Shown here: positions 1 to 12,800 of the stretch, in pieces
Layout: the number at the start of each line of letters is the position of its first letter
Numbering within the stretch: the first letter of the stretch is position 1
Source: Strigamia acuminata
Taxonomy: Eukaryota
NCBI GenBank assembly: GCA_949358305.1
Contig: OX442314.1
Coordinates: 30,442,001 to 30,506,000, forward strand
Direction of reading: 5' to 3'
DNA: 64,000 bases
Made by a program: the position numbers and the translations under genes
Notes under the pieces: model-generated
Told to the model about the DNA's origin: nothing
What the model saw: the letters and a program-made list of their open reading frames with translations, nothing else
Databases searched by the model: none

Positions 1-292
1 ATAAGGAAAATAATTAAAAATTTGAAGAGGGAAAGAAAATCCGCTTCAAATCGAAGGTTATTGTTAGTTTTAGCAATGTAATATGTCTCTATTTTTGTCT
101 CACTTATGGTAATCTAGATATTATCTTTAAGTACAAGGTATAGAATCGTCACAACCTGTCTCTGGTTGACGCGCTTGTTATCATTACATTTGCTGAGATA
201 ACATTATGTTTTATATTGATATATTAGTTCATTGCATTGTGACTGTGAATTCAGCTTGAGTAACCTGAAACTAACGTTGCACAGGATAAAAA

Positions 293-3251
293 ATGGAGAT
301 TCTCAGTTACTTTTTTGAGTATTATCAATTTTTGATAGGCTCTTTCATTGGATTGATAGTTTTATGGTACATGTGAGTATTTTTTTTTTGTTTTTGTACA
401 TTTTTATAAATGGATTTTAATACACATTTTGGTATCATCAATTCATATTTTTTTATTATATCTTACTTTTTTTTTAAATTATTGTAAAAGGAAATATTAA
501 ATGATTGTAATTTTGTATTTCACGTGATTTCTGTTTATCGTTCTTCCTGTCACATTTTTATCTTGACAAGCCATCAGTGAATCAAAGACTGAGTGAATGT
601 GAATGTGAATGTGAATGTGAATTGGGATACAATGTTCGACTCATAAACTAGAATCCAAAGTAGAAAATTAAAAATGAGAAACAGCTATAGTAAATAAATG
701 AACAAATATATTTCAGATTTAAATAAGAAAACATATAATTTCATGTTTAAAAATTTTTTATCATCAATTTATCTCACTTTAACAGATACTTTACATGGGA
801 TTTTGATTATTGGAAAAGGCAAGGTGTACTTGGTGAAAAACCTCGCCTATTTATTGGAACATTTAAACCGACATGGATATATGTGAGTCTTTAAACTATT
901 TTTTAATATTCAAATTGCATATTTATTAATTATGCTCGTATAAACTCAAAGTTTGACTGCAAAAGTCATTTTTTTTCACCTTACAATTGAATTATCTAAT
1001 ATTCGGATTTGTTATATTAATTTTTAGCCTATGCAAGATCAAGATATGGAAGCAATGAAAAAATTTGGCCTAGTGCATGGGTAATACTCAATATAGAAAT
1101 ATGATAAATAGCTATAAATAGTAAAAAATTTGTATTTCAGAGGATTTGTTGGTGCTGCACCCTGTTTGACTGTATCTGACCCTGAGCTAGTGAGACAAGT
1201 ACTGGTCAAAGATTTTGCTGCATTTCCAAATAGAAGAAGTTTTGGAAGGATGAACAAAGATAAAATCATGGGAAATATGATGTCGGTACTGCAAGATGAC
1301 AAGTGGAAAATGGTACGGAACACGCTTACTCCAACATACACATCAGGGAAACTGAAGCAGGTGATTTATACGAATGCTATTGAAGAGGATAAAGAATATT
1401 AATTTCTTAATTAATGCAGATGGTTGGTTTGATAGAAGAATGTTCGCAAAATTTAACGACCTCTTTAAAAACTTCGGCTGAAAATGGAGAACCAATTGAG
1501 TTTGCCAAGTATGTATAATACTATATTTAAATACACAGACTAAATTATTTATTTTATATTTTTTAGGAAATTTCCTTTGTTGACTTTAGATATAATTTCA
1601 AGTGTCGCATTTGGGATGAAAATCAATTGCATTGACAACCCTGATTCGGAATTTGTGGTTAACGCACAAAAAGCTTTCCGCAGCAATGTTAAAGCTTTCT
1701 ATTTTGTATGTAAGTATTTATTCATAACGATTTGTTACAATAAGTTCTTGAACAAACTGCATTTATTAATGTATTTTTCTAAATATTTGCAGTTATTTTT
1801 TCTTTTATATTTAAATTTCTTCCAAATCTTATAACTAATCCATTCAAATACTTCGCCACAATTGCAAACCAATCAATTGACATGAGACTGAAAAATAAAC
1901 ATGTAAGAAACAAAATGGCCATTTAAATTTATACATTAACTAGAAATTGAATTATTTTAATTAGTTTGCAAGAAAAGACTTTCTTCAAATCATGTTAGAA
2001 GCTGAAATTCCTAATGACGAGACAAAAGATGACCAATCAACTGGTCCTAAAAAAAGTATTGGTCAACATTTAACTTTAATACAGAACATCAAGCTCATGC
2101 TCTTTTATTGCAGCACTAACCAGAGATATTATTGTCTCACAAACTATACTTTTTATATTGGCTGGTCATGAAACAACAGCAAATACACTAAATTTCATGG
2201 CTTATGAACTCGCCATAAATCAAGACATACAAGACAAACTGATAAAAGAAGTGGATGATGTCATGACTGATTCCAAGGTATAACAAATTGTGTTACATTG
2301 TGAAGGGGCTATGGTCTTACCCGCGCAGTATGGGGATTTACTGTACGGGAGAGACGCATACATCACGTAAATAACAAGACAGGGACTCAGATTGTTGGAT
2401 TTTGGCCTTTAATCGTTGTCTAGAGGTTGGGTCACCTATCTTACTGTGTGGCTGTGCTGTCAGGCACGCTACACCTGCGTCCGACCCATCACACGGTGTG
2501 TGGAGGCCACTAGGGTGGCCAAACGGTCACATGGTCAAGTGTTGACATTAGAAATTTATTTTAGGGCAAACTTTCTTACGAGGGAGTAGCATCAATGCAA
2601 TATTTGGATATGGTCATCTCAGAAACACTCAGAAAATATCCTCCAGGTGTTCGGTAAAATTAAAATTAAATTACTATTTCTCAAAATGAATTTAGAGAAT
2701 TAATTTCCGTTGTTTTTTTAGTCTTGAACGAGTGTGTTCGGAAGAGGAACACAAATTGAATGGAATTACCCTAAGAAAAGGAATGCTGGTATCGGTTCCA
2801 GTTTACGCCATGCATCATAATCCTGAATTTTATCCTAAACCAGATGTTTTTGATCCTGAAAGGTTATTTTACTTTAAGTTATACCGTAATTATGCATAAA
2901 AAAAACATGCAAACAGATTTACACCAGAAATGAAGGCCCAACGAAATCCATTCACTTATCTTCCATTTGGAGAGGGTCCGAGGAATTGCATTGCAAAGAG
3001 ATTTGCATTATTGGAAGCTAAACTCGTCATGGTGCATATTCTGCATAATTACCGCTTTCAGACTTGTGAAGAAACTGAGGTACATAGTAACTGATTGTTA
3101 ATAATTAAACTGACATCTAAAAAATGTGTTTATTCAAATGTAGTATCCCATAAAGATAAACAAAGGGACTGGTTTGCTGCAACCATTATCTGTGAAGCTT
3201 GTGTTGCAGAAGAGAGTGGACCAACCACATTTTGAAGAAGCTGCAGAATAA
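293..3251 (+). CDS. Cytochrome P450, CYP3 clan, copy 1 (13 exons, ~515 aa)
   Basis: GT-AG exons 293-372, 786-882, 1028-1080, 1141-1360, 1420-1508, 1567-1709, 1793-1902, 1965-2055, 2114-2277, 2565-2653, 2722-2862, 2917-3079, 3144-3251 join in frame (1548 nt). Motifs: N-terminal anchor MEILSYFF, WKMVR, AGHETT, ETLR, DPERF, FGEGPRNCIA. Confidence 0.93.
594..622. repeat. (GAATGT)n microsatellite in intron 1 of copy 1
   Basis: Tandem gaatgt units read directly. Confidence 0.8.
2299..2531. mobile_element. Solo-LTR-like insertion in intron 9 of copy 1
   Basis: ~230 bp GC-richer block absent from paralogous introns (empty site tgttatatggtcaag). Ends tgtga...tcaca; acat is duplicated, with the right copy overlapping the terminus. 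Confidence 0.65.
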
Positions 3252-3878
3252 AGCAAAATATAATAACTGCAAAATGTTTTTTTGGATTTAAAATAAAATA
3301 TTTTATGTGTAAATTATTAATTTAATTTTGCATTCGGATTACCAACTTCACTTTATTAAATGAAAATTATTTTTAACGGAAATTAATTCAATTTGAAATA
3401 TAAAATTACCGGTAGCTTATAATTTGTGAATTGTGAGTGAGTCTAAATATGCTCAATTTCTATTTTGAACGAAAATTTTGAGTTTTTTTTTTGTTTTTTT
3501 GTTAAAAAAACGTATGGGTACCATCATTAATTTTGAAAAAAAAACGTACCGGTATCACGTGGTTTGTATTATGGTGTTATGTCCTGCATCTGATTGATCG
3601 CCGAAGCTATCTGGTGGTTTGTGGATTGTAAATGTAAATTGCTCAATTTTGAGTAAAATTTTGGATCGTGTGCACCTGGATTTTGCTGGAACATGACTGC
3701 GCGCAACCACCAAAATTTGGCTGGCCCAAGCATTCTTGTGTCGCTCGATGCGCACTCGATTGCACCTGTTGAACCCGAGATTGCTGCTGGACACCGCACA
3801 GGTCTATGTCACCAGACGTTTTGAAGAGGACTTTTTTTCCAGTGTTACGGCATGCTACAGTACAGTTACAGCATGTTA

Positions 3879-4226
3879 CAGTTCGCGCCTGGTATCTTGA
3901 TGATAAACTACTGCACATCCCATTCTGCGCAGACAATTTTCTAATTCTAGTTGTTATTTAGCAGTATTGTGCCTATTATTAGGCCTAATAATGCTAAAAT
4001 AAAGTAAATAAACAACAATATTTTGGTCATACGTTGTAAATTACTTTTAATGATGAGTTTATTGTTGTTTATTGTTGTTTATTTAGTTTATCTTAGCTTT
4101 ATTAGGCCTAATATTTATTAGGCTTAATAGTATAATACTGCTAAATAACAACTGGAATTAGAAAATCGTCTGCGCAGAATGTGATGCGCAGTACGAATTT
4201 AGCATCAAGATACCGGGCGCGAACTG
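3879..4226. mobile_element. Tc1/mariner-type MITE (foldback)
   Basis: Long inverted repeats cagttcgcgcctggtatcttgatg... / ...catcaagataccgggcgcgaactg flanked by TA. Confidence 0.8.
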
Positions 4227-4816
4227 TAGCAGAGTCATTCTATTGACTCTGACTGTAGACACAGATGAAAATCGTAAAATCGTAAGTCCGAGTGCCGAAT
4301 AATTTGAATTTTCTGGCATTGCTAAATAAAACGAGTCCCAATTTTTTAGCAGGAATTCCACTTTTACGGAAAGCCTTCAAAAAGGCCAGCCAATCAGATC
4401 GCATTTTAAAGCATCCCATCCAAATCGAGGTGTATTCTCGTGTATTCTGTCTGTTTATTACGGTCTCTGTCTTAGAAGTTTTGCTTTGTATAAAATGGTC
4501 TTCCGAGGTAACAGTTTATGTCACTCTTCATTATGAGTGACGCCAAATTGACGTCGTCACTAATTTTAAACTTCCGGTTGACCCGTCCATTCCTATCCAA
4601 CGTCATTTTGCGGTTTTGTGTGTTCCTTTGTTTTTTTTTTCTCACAAACTTTGATTCATTGCAAACTGTGGTGAAATCGTGATGAAACAACTCAAAATAA
4701 CGATAATTGCCACTAGATGCCCCTGGTAGGCCACTTTGGAAACTCACAGACACAGACTTTTCTACGAGAACAAGGTCATCGTAAACTCGAGCTTATAAAT
4801 CAATATAGCAACAAAA

Positions 4817-7800
4817 ATGGATGTTGACATTATTTTCACTTATTTCCTAAATTATTACCAATACTGGCTGTCCCTTGCTGTCATTGGATTAATATCATTG
4901 GGGTATATGTAAGTATACTGAAACAACTTTTATGACAAAACATTTTCATTTGCTATTTTTTCCATTGAGAAAAGTAAACACTTATTATTTGATTGCATAA
5001 TTACATGTCTGTATAATTATGTTTAAATTGAATTTTGTAAAGTAATTTGTTCAAATTACAAATCTTTTTTGTTGGAGAAAATTAACCAGTTTGGTCAGGT
5101 TTCGGGATGAACGGTGAGGGACAATGAAATTGTTCAAAAGGAGGAGTGGCATTCGGATACACATTTTCTGTGTGTTTCTAGGACTTGTCAGTAGATGTCG
5201 TACTCATCGCACTGTACATTAATTTTGCAAATACAATTTCATGCTTAATTTTTTCTATGATCAAATTATCTCATTTTCAACAGATATTTAACATGGGATT
5301 TCGATTATTGGAAAAGGCAAGGTGTACCTGGTGAAAAACCTCGCCTATTTATTGGAACATTTAAACCCCCATGGATATACGTAAGTCTTTAAAATGATTT
5401 GTTCATATTCAATTTAAACGTTTTTTTTTTCAATTTAAACGTTTTTTTTTTTCAATTTACAACTGAATTGTCTAATTTTCAGATATATTTTATGTATTTT
5501 TAGACTATGCAAGATCAAGATGTGGAGAAAATGAAAAAGTTTGGTCATGTGCATGGGTAATCATAATTTCTATAATGTTTTGTATAATATGGTTGATTAG
5601 GATTTATATTATAGAGGATTTGTTGGTGCTGCACCTGTGTTATCCGTATCTGACCCTGATCTAGTGAGGCAAATATTGGTCAAAGATTTTGCTGCATTTC
5701 CAAACAGAAGAACTTTTGGAAATATGGATAAAGATAAAATTATGGGGAATATGCTCCAGATAATGAAAGGTGACAAGTGGAAAATGGTACGAAACACGCT
5801 TACTCCAACATACACATCAGGGAAGCTGAAACAGGTGATTTGTATGAATGGTGTTGAAGAGGAAAGAGATTTAGTTTTTGATTATTACAGATGATTGGTT
5901 TGATAGAAGAATGTTTGCAAAATATGACGACTTCTCTGAAAACTCCAGCTGAGAATGGAGAACCGATCGAGTTTACCAAGTACGCATAGTACTAAATTTA
6001 AATACGCAAAATAAATAATTTATATTATTATTTTTTAGAAAATTCCCTTTGTTGACTTTGGATATAATTTCAAGTGTCGCGTTTGGGATGAGTCTCAACT
6101 GCATCGACAACCCTGACACTGAGTTTGTGGTTATGGCGCAAAAAGCTTTCCGGGGAAATCCAAAAATTTTCTATTTTTTATGTAAGTACTTGTATCATAG
6201 AGAAAGGGATAGAAAGAGTCGGCACTCTCCGTCGGAAGCTTTGAAGTTAGTGCAATCATTGTTGCGTCATAAACGTCATCTTGACGGTGGCGCCCTCGTG
6301 TGGTTGAGCTGCTGATTGTGTGGCTCAGCTACTAGCTAGCAATGCATTGGAGCCGTAAATGTCCAAATATCCATTAAAAAAATTAAGATTTTTCGTTATT
6401 TTTAAGATATTTATTAAAAATAACAATTTTATTTTATTCTAGAACAGAAATATGTTGAGAGACAGATATAATAAACTCAAGTTTTAATATCATCTGTTTA
6501 CACATGTAGTTAAAATAAGTTGAATAGGTTAAAATAGGTAGTGAGTATAATATTTAATTAAAAGAAGTACAACAACAGAATCCAAGCAAACTAATTTGGC
6601 TTTATTTTGGTAAAAAATAGAATGAAGTCTGATGAATTTCTTTTAGCTGTTTTGGTCATAAAATGATAAATTTTAGACCAAATTAGTAATAAAACAATGA
6701 ATTTTAAACTAAATTAGTAATAAAATAATGAATTTTGAACCAAATTAGTAATAAAATAATGAATTTTGAACAAAATTAGTAATAAAATGATGAATTTTGG
6801 CTCAAATTGGTCAAAACTTGATAAATTTTGATCAAAATTGGTCAAAAGCTGATAAATTTTGATCAAAATTGGTCAAAAGCTAATAAATTTTGATCAAAAT
6901 TGGTCAAAAGCTAATAGATTTTGCTCAATTCTGATCAAAAACTGATTATTTTTAATCCATATTTGTCAAAATTAATAATTTTCAATTCAAATTGGCCAAA
7001 ATTAATGATTTTTTATTCAAATACTGATGAGTGTTGTAGGCACTGCAATAATGCCCATTGCTCTTTAGAGATGTCATTGTTCAATTATGTCAATTTGGCC
7101 AATAATCGCAATAGTCGCACGTTGATCTGAAGCTGTTCGTAGCAGCTCCACCACTGCGAGCGCTAGTGTCGATTGGAGGCGTGGCCTGATTGCGCCGAAA
7201 ACGGGAGAGTGCCGACTCTTTCTATCCCTTACTCTATGCTTGTACTTAACAATTTGTTTCAATGTCCCTTGAGCAGATTTTATTGATTATTTTTTACAAA
7301 TATATTTTCAGTTATTTTCTCTTCACTGTTTAAACTTCTACCAAATATTATTCCCAATCCATTCAAATACTTCGTCACAATTGCAAACCAATCAATTGAC
7401 ATGAGACTAAAAAATAAAGACGTAAGAAACAAAATTATCATTTAGATATTATACAAATATTCTATTAAATTATTTGAATTAGTTTGCAAGAAAAGACTTT
7501 CTTCAAATCATGTTAGAAGCTGAAATACCTAATGATGAGACAGACAATGACCAATCAACTGGTTCTAAAAAAAGTATTGGTCAACATTTAACTTTCGTAT
7601 TTGTATAGCAGAATACTGAACATCTAGCTCATTGTCTTTTATTGCAGCACTTACCAGAGATATTATTGTAGCACAAAGTATACTTTTCATATTAGCTGGT
7701 CATGAAACGACAGCAAACACATTAAATTTTATGGCTTATGAACTTGCTATAAACCAAGACATTCAAGAGAAACTGATAAAAGAAGTGGATGATGTCATGA

Positions 7801-8557
7801 CTGATTCCAAGGTATAACAAATTGTGCTGTGGAGAAGTGTTGACTTTCAAAATTTATTTTAGGGCAAACTTTCTTACGATGGAGTAGCATCAATGCGATA
7901 TTTGGATATGGTCACCTCTGAAACACTCAGAAAATATCCTCCAGCTGTTCGGTAAATTGAAAATTATTTTAGAATCCTGAAAATTAATTTAGAGAATAAT
8001 TTCTGGTTTTTTTTTATAGTCTTGATCGAGTTTGTTCTGAAGAGAATTACAAATTGAATGGAATTACTCTAAGGAAGGGAATACCGATATCGGTTCCTGT
8101 TTACGCGATGCATCATAATCCAGAATTCTACCCTAATCCAAGTGTTTTTGATCCTGAAAGGTCATTTTACTTTCATTTGAAACAAATTATGAAAGTTATA
8201 AATATAAATGAAAAACATTTATACAGATTTTCGCCAGAAATGAAGGCCCAAAGAAATCCATTCACTTACCTTCCTTTTGGAGAGGGTCCGAGAAATTGCA
8301 TTGCAAAGAGATTTGCATTAATGGAGGCTAAACTCGTCATGGTGCATATGCTGTATAATTACCGCTTTCAAAGTTGTGAAGAAACGGAGGTACATACTGA
8401 TTTTTAATAATTAAACTGACTTCTAAAAAATATTTGTATTCAAATGTAGTATCCCATAAAGATGAACAAAGGGGCTGGTTTGCTGCAACCATTATCGGTC
8501 AAACTTGTTTTGCAAAAGAGAGTGGACCAACCACATTTTGAAGCAACTGAAGAGTAA
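4817..8557 (+). CDS. Cytochrome P450, CYP3 clan, copy 2
   Basis: First exon MDVDIIFTY (4817-4908), same 13-exon layout, AGHETT/ETLR/PERF/FGEGPRNCIA, stop TAA 8555-8557. Confidence 0.92.
6196..7238. mobile_element. Non-autonomous DNA transposon, P-element-like termini, in intron 6 of copy 2
   Basis: TIR catagagaaagggatagaaagagtcggcactctcc / ggagagtgccgactctttctatcccttactctatg; 7-bp near-duplicate flanks cttgtat/cttgtac; internal ~30-bp tandem repeats at ~6660-6950. Confidence 0.8.
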
Positions 8558-8701
8558 ATAAATATATAACTGCAGAATTTTTTTTAAAATTGATTATTAT
8601 ATTTTATTGATTAATAAATTCTTAATATTTAATTTTGAATTTGGATTTACCAATAAGAGTGCACAAATTAACAAAGATTACACGATTTAAGGTAAATTAT
8701 A

Positions 8702-9467
8702 CAGGGTGGTGCAGAAAGTCTGGTTCACAGTAAATATTTTCCAAACCGTTTTAGATGTTGATTCAGCAAAATGATTGTTAAGGTAGTATGTCGGGGGAAA
8801 TCCAATTATGACATCCAATTTGACCTCTGAGGTCATCTTCAAGGTCATCCATATTGTAACTCGAGAACCGTGACAGTTAGAACAAAAAAGTGAATTAGAA
8901 AGTTGTAGAGCATCATCCAATTAGTCTAGAACTGTTCTTAAAAAAATTATTTCTTAGGGAAAAGTTTTGAGAAAAAAAGGTTTGAAATGTTGATCTACTC
9001 AGCTTTGTAACCTAAAACTATCATGTGGAATGCATTTCCAAAATAAATTATTTCCTTTCTTTTGTATTTCCTCTCTTCCACTTACAAGTATGATTCAATA
9101 AAGTGTCCTAATTGAGGATTAGCTTGGTTGCCTCAATATATTTAGGTTACAAAGCTGAGTTATAATGCTAAGTAGGCCAATGTTTCAGACCTTTTTTCTC
9201 AAAACTTTTCCCTAAGAAATAATTTTTTTAAGAACAGTTCTAGACTAATTGGATGATGCTCTACAACTTTCTAGTTCACTTTTTTGCTCTAACTGTCACG
9301 GTTCTCGAGTTACAATATGGATGACCTTGAAGATGACCTCAGAGGTCAATTTGGATGTCATAATTGGATTTCCCCCAACATACTACCTTAACAATCATTT
9401 TGCTGAATCAACATCTAAAATAGTTTGGGAATTATTTACTGTGAACCAGACTTTCTGCACCACCCTG
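8702..9467. mobile_element. Tc1/mariner-type MITE with ~300-bp inverted arms
   Basis: cagggtggtgcagaaagtctgg...ccagactttctgcaccaccctg, TATA on both flanks. Mirror-image ORFs 8687-8920 and 9249-9500 come from the arms. Confidence 0.9.
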
Positions 9468-9825
9468 TATAATGAAATGTTTTCATTTCTATCTGTTTAA
9501 AATAAAAATCATTTTTTGGAAAAAATAATTTGGTTGAATGTAGAGAAATTGCTCGAGTTCAAATATACATTTTTTTTTCACTTTGTCGACAATCATTTTT
9601 TTTATTTACTGTATTTAATAAACTATGATCAAATGTATGATTACAAACTGTGGTTGAAATCATGATGAAGTTAATGAATTAATTGCCACTAGATGCCACT
9701 GCTGAGGCCACTTCCTCTTCAATATTTCTATAAGTATTCAACCACTTTCCAAACTGACAACACAACTTTTTCTAAGAGAACAAGGTCAACGTAAACTCGA
9801 GCTTTTACCTAATTTAGGAACAAAA

Positions 9826-12800
9826 ATGGATGCGGACATTATTTTCACTTATTTCTTTAATTATTACCAATACTGGCTGTCGCTTGGTGTCATTGGATTA
9901 GTGTCATTGTGGTATATGTAAGTACTGAAACACATTTTTACAGCAAAATATTGTCATTTGTTACTTGTCAAATATGTGATTGCATAATTCGTATAATTAC
10001 AGTCAAAACTCTTTATAACGAATTGTTATGAATGATTTGGTTGGCCAGCCATAGAACACCATGTTAAATATTTTCGATTTAACGAATTTCAATATAACAA
10101 ATTATTCGTTATAACAAACAAGTTTTTATGTACACTGTAATACCCACAAGCTCTTGTTATAACGAATTTTCAAAACTGAGACTCACACCATCCGATGCCC
10201 ATATTTAGAAACCCAAGAAAAATGAAAAATTTACTGTTTTAAAATGGCTGCCAAACAAAAAGCAAGTTTTATTCAGGACAAGTTGAACATTATTAATGCC
10301 ATTGACAATGGCAAGACACCATCAATTGTAGCGGATGAGTTTAATTTGTCTGGTTCTACAATTTTCAACAATTCTAAAGAATTGGGATAAAATAAACATG
10401 AAACTTGCATGTTTATGAATATATATTACTCCGTATTATTTATGATGAAATTTAATTTTTTTTAGCTAATTCGTTTTAACGAATTCTCGTTACAACAAAT
10501 CGATTTTCTTTTCCGGTCCCTTACGATTCGTTATAAAGAGTTTCAACTGTACACGTTTGAATAGAATTTTTATGAGATAGATGCCAATTCTTATTTATAT
10601 GAGGAAAATGATTAAAAATTTGAAGAGAAAGGAAAATCTACTTCGATTGTATCATAAATTAAAAAAGGGGAAGATGAATGATAAGCATTGTGGCGTCTAT
10701 GATGAAGGTCATCTGGAAAGTGTACCATGCTGATACCCACGAAAGCGCCGGCTTTGCAAACTTAGCAAAGATAGTAGAATGTCTCAAATCACAAGAAACG
10801 TAACACGGTCAGTACAATGCAGTATTGGCAGAGCAAGGACAAGATGTGTTGGTTGTTTGTTTGGTTGTAAATTCAAGAGTGTGCCAAAACTCTAAATTTG
10901 AGCCCAGCACACTTCGGATCTGCGCAGCAGATATGCACAATGAGCTTATTTTGGTGCAACAAAGGAATTATTGCACCAAAACGGTTAATTTGCAACCCAC
11001 CCCAGCCAAATTGGGGTGAGGTGTGCCTGGGGAGTTTTCACCCCCAAGACTCAGCAAAGTAATTAAAAATAATAAATATTTCTAAATGGTACAACGAATA
11101 CATAAAAATATACTTGAGATCACCACAATATGAAAAACAACCACCAGATAAATGTACCAAATATATGTACAATTTTTGCGTTATAATATTTTTATCTATT
11201 TAAAAAAGTAAACATAATTTTTGTTTATTTTTTTTCTATGATCGAATTATCTCATTTTCAACAGATATTTAACATGGGATTTTGATTATTGGAAAAAGCA
11301 AGGTGTACCTGGTGAAAAACCTCGCCTATTTATTGGAACATTTAAACCGATATGGATATACGTAAGTTTTTAAACTAATTTGTGAAACTAATTTGTATAG
11401 TAAAAAAAAATTTTTTTTCAATCAACAATTAAATTATCGAAAATTCGAATACGTTTTATTTATTCTTAGACGATGCAAGATGAAGATGTGAAAGCAATGA
11501 AAAAATTTGGCCATGTGCATGGGTAATACGCCATATATATTCAAAAAGATGGTTGATGTAGATTTTATGTTTTCTATGCCATATGGCACAACCACACTGA
11601 CCGAGGGCCCAGTGGACAGTCCACAAGGGGGAGTTGCCAGTTTCTGAAGTACCGCAAACAGAAGATGAATGGCGCAAAAGTGGCTAACCAGGACCAGTGT
11701 AGATATGACCAGCAAGCAAGACAGTTATGTCAGGAGTTTCTACACTCTTGTTCATTATGGGGATGCTTAAAGAGATGGTTGTTAAACCATTCCCAGGACC
11801 GTGAGTCTGAATGATCGCATGGGTCAAGTGTAATCTGTCCGTAGTTGCAATGGAAAAAGCATGGAGACACTGACAGCTAAACGACTTACAATAAAGGCAA
11901 TTAAAGGCAATTAAACCTTGAATGGAGTGTCGTGTTTCATGTGAACAGTATTGTAAGAATGACCCCAAAGACTTTACCGTGCCCATCCACAATCAAAAGA
12001 TATGCAGTGAAGCAAATATTTCTCAAACTTCTATCATGTATTGAAAATTATTTGTTTCAGAGGATTCGTTGGTGCTGCACCCGTGTTGACTGTGTCTGAC
12101 CCTGAGCTGGTGAGACAAATACTGGTAAAAGATTTTGCTGCATTTCCAAATAGAAGAACTTTTCCAAGTCTGGAGAAAGATAAAATTCTAGGAAATATGC
12201 TGACAGCAATAAAAGGTGACAAATGGAAAATGATACGAAACACACTTACTCCAACATATACATCTGGCAAACTCAAGCAGGTGATTTTTATACGAATGGC
12301 CACTGAAGAGAAAAGAGACTATTAATTTCTTAATTAATGCAGATGGTTGGTTTGATAGAAGAATGTTTGGAAAAATTAACGATTTCTTTTAAAACTCCGG
12401 CTGAAAATGGAGAACCAATAGAGTTTACCAAGTATGCGTAATACTAAATTTAAATACACATAATAAATAATTTATATTACTAACTTATTTTTTAGAAAAT
12501 TCCCTTTGTTGACTTTGGATATAATCTCAAGTGTCGCATTTGGGATGAGTGTAAATTGCATTGACAACCCTGACACTGAATTTGTGGTTAACGCGCAAAA
12601 AGCTTTTCGCGGAAATGCAAAAGCTTCTTATTTGATTTGTAAATAGGCCTACTTCTATAACTATTTATTTCAATGCCTTCTTCAGCAAAAAGGAGTAGTT
12701 AATTTAAAAAAATTTATTTGCAGTTATTTTCCCGTACATATTAAAATTTCTTCCAAATCTTATAACTAGTCCGTTCAAATACTTCGCCACAATTGCAAAC

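Noticed and set aside
3555..4753. Short ORFs between P450 copies 1 and 2
   Set aside because: No recognisable domains; partly overlap a MITE and promoter sequence.
8687..9500. Twin ORFs MDDALQLS... on opposite strands
   Set aside because: Mirror images within the MITE inverted arms; no protein features.
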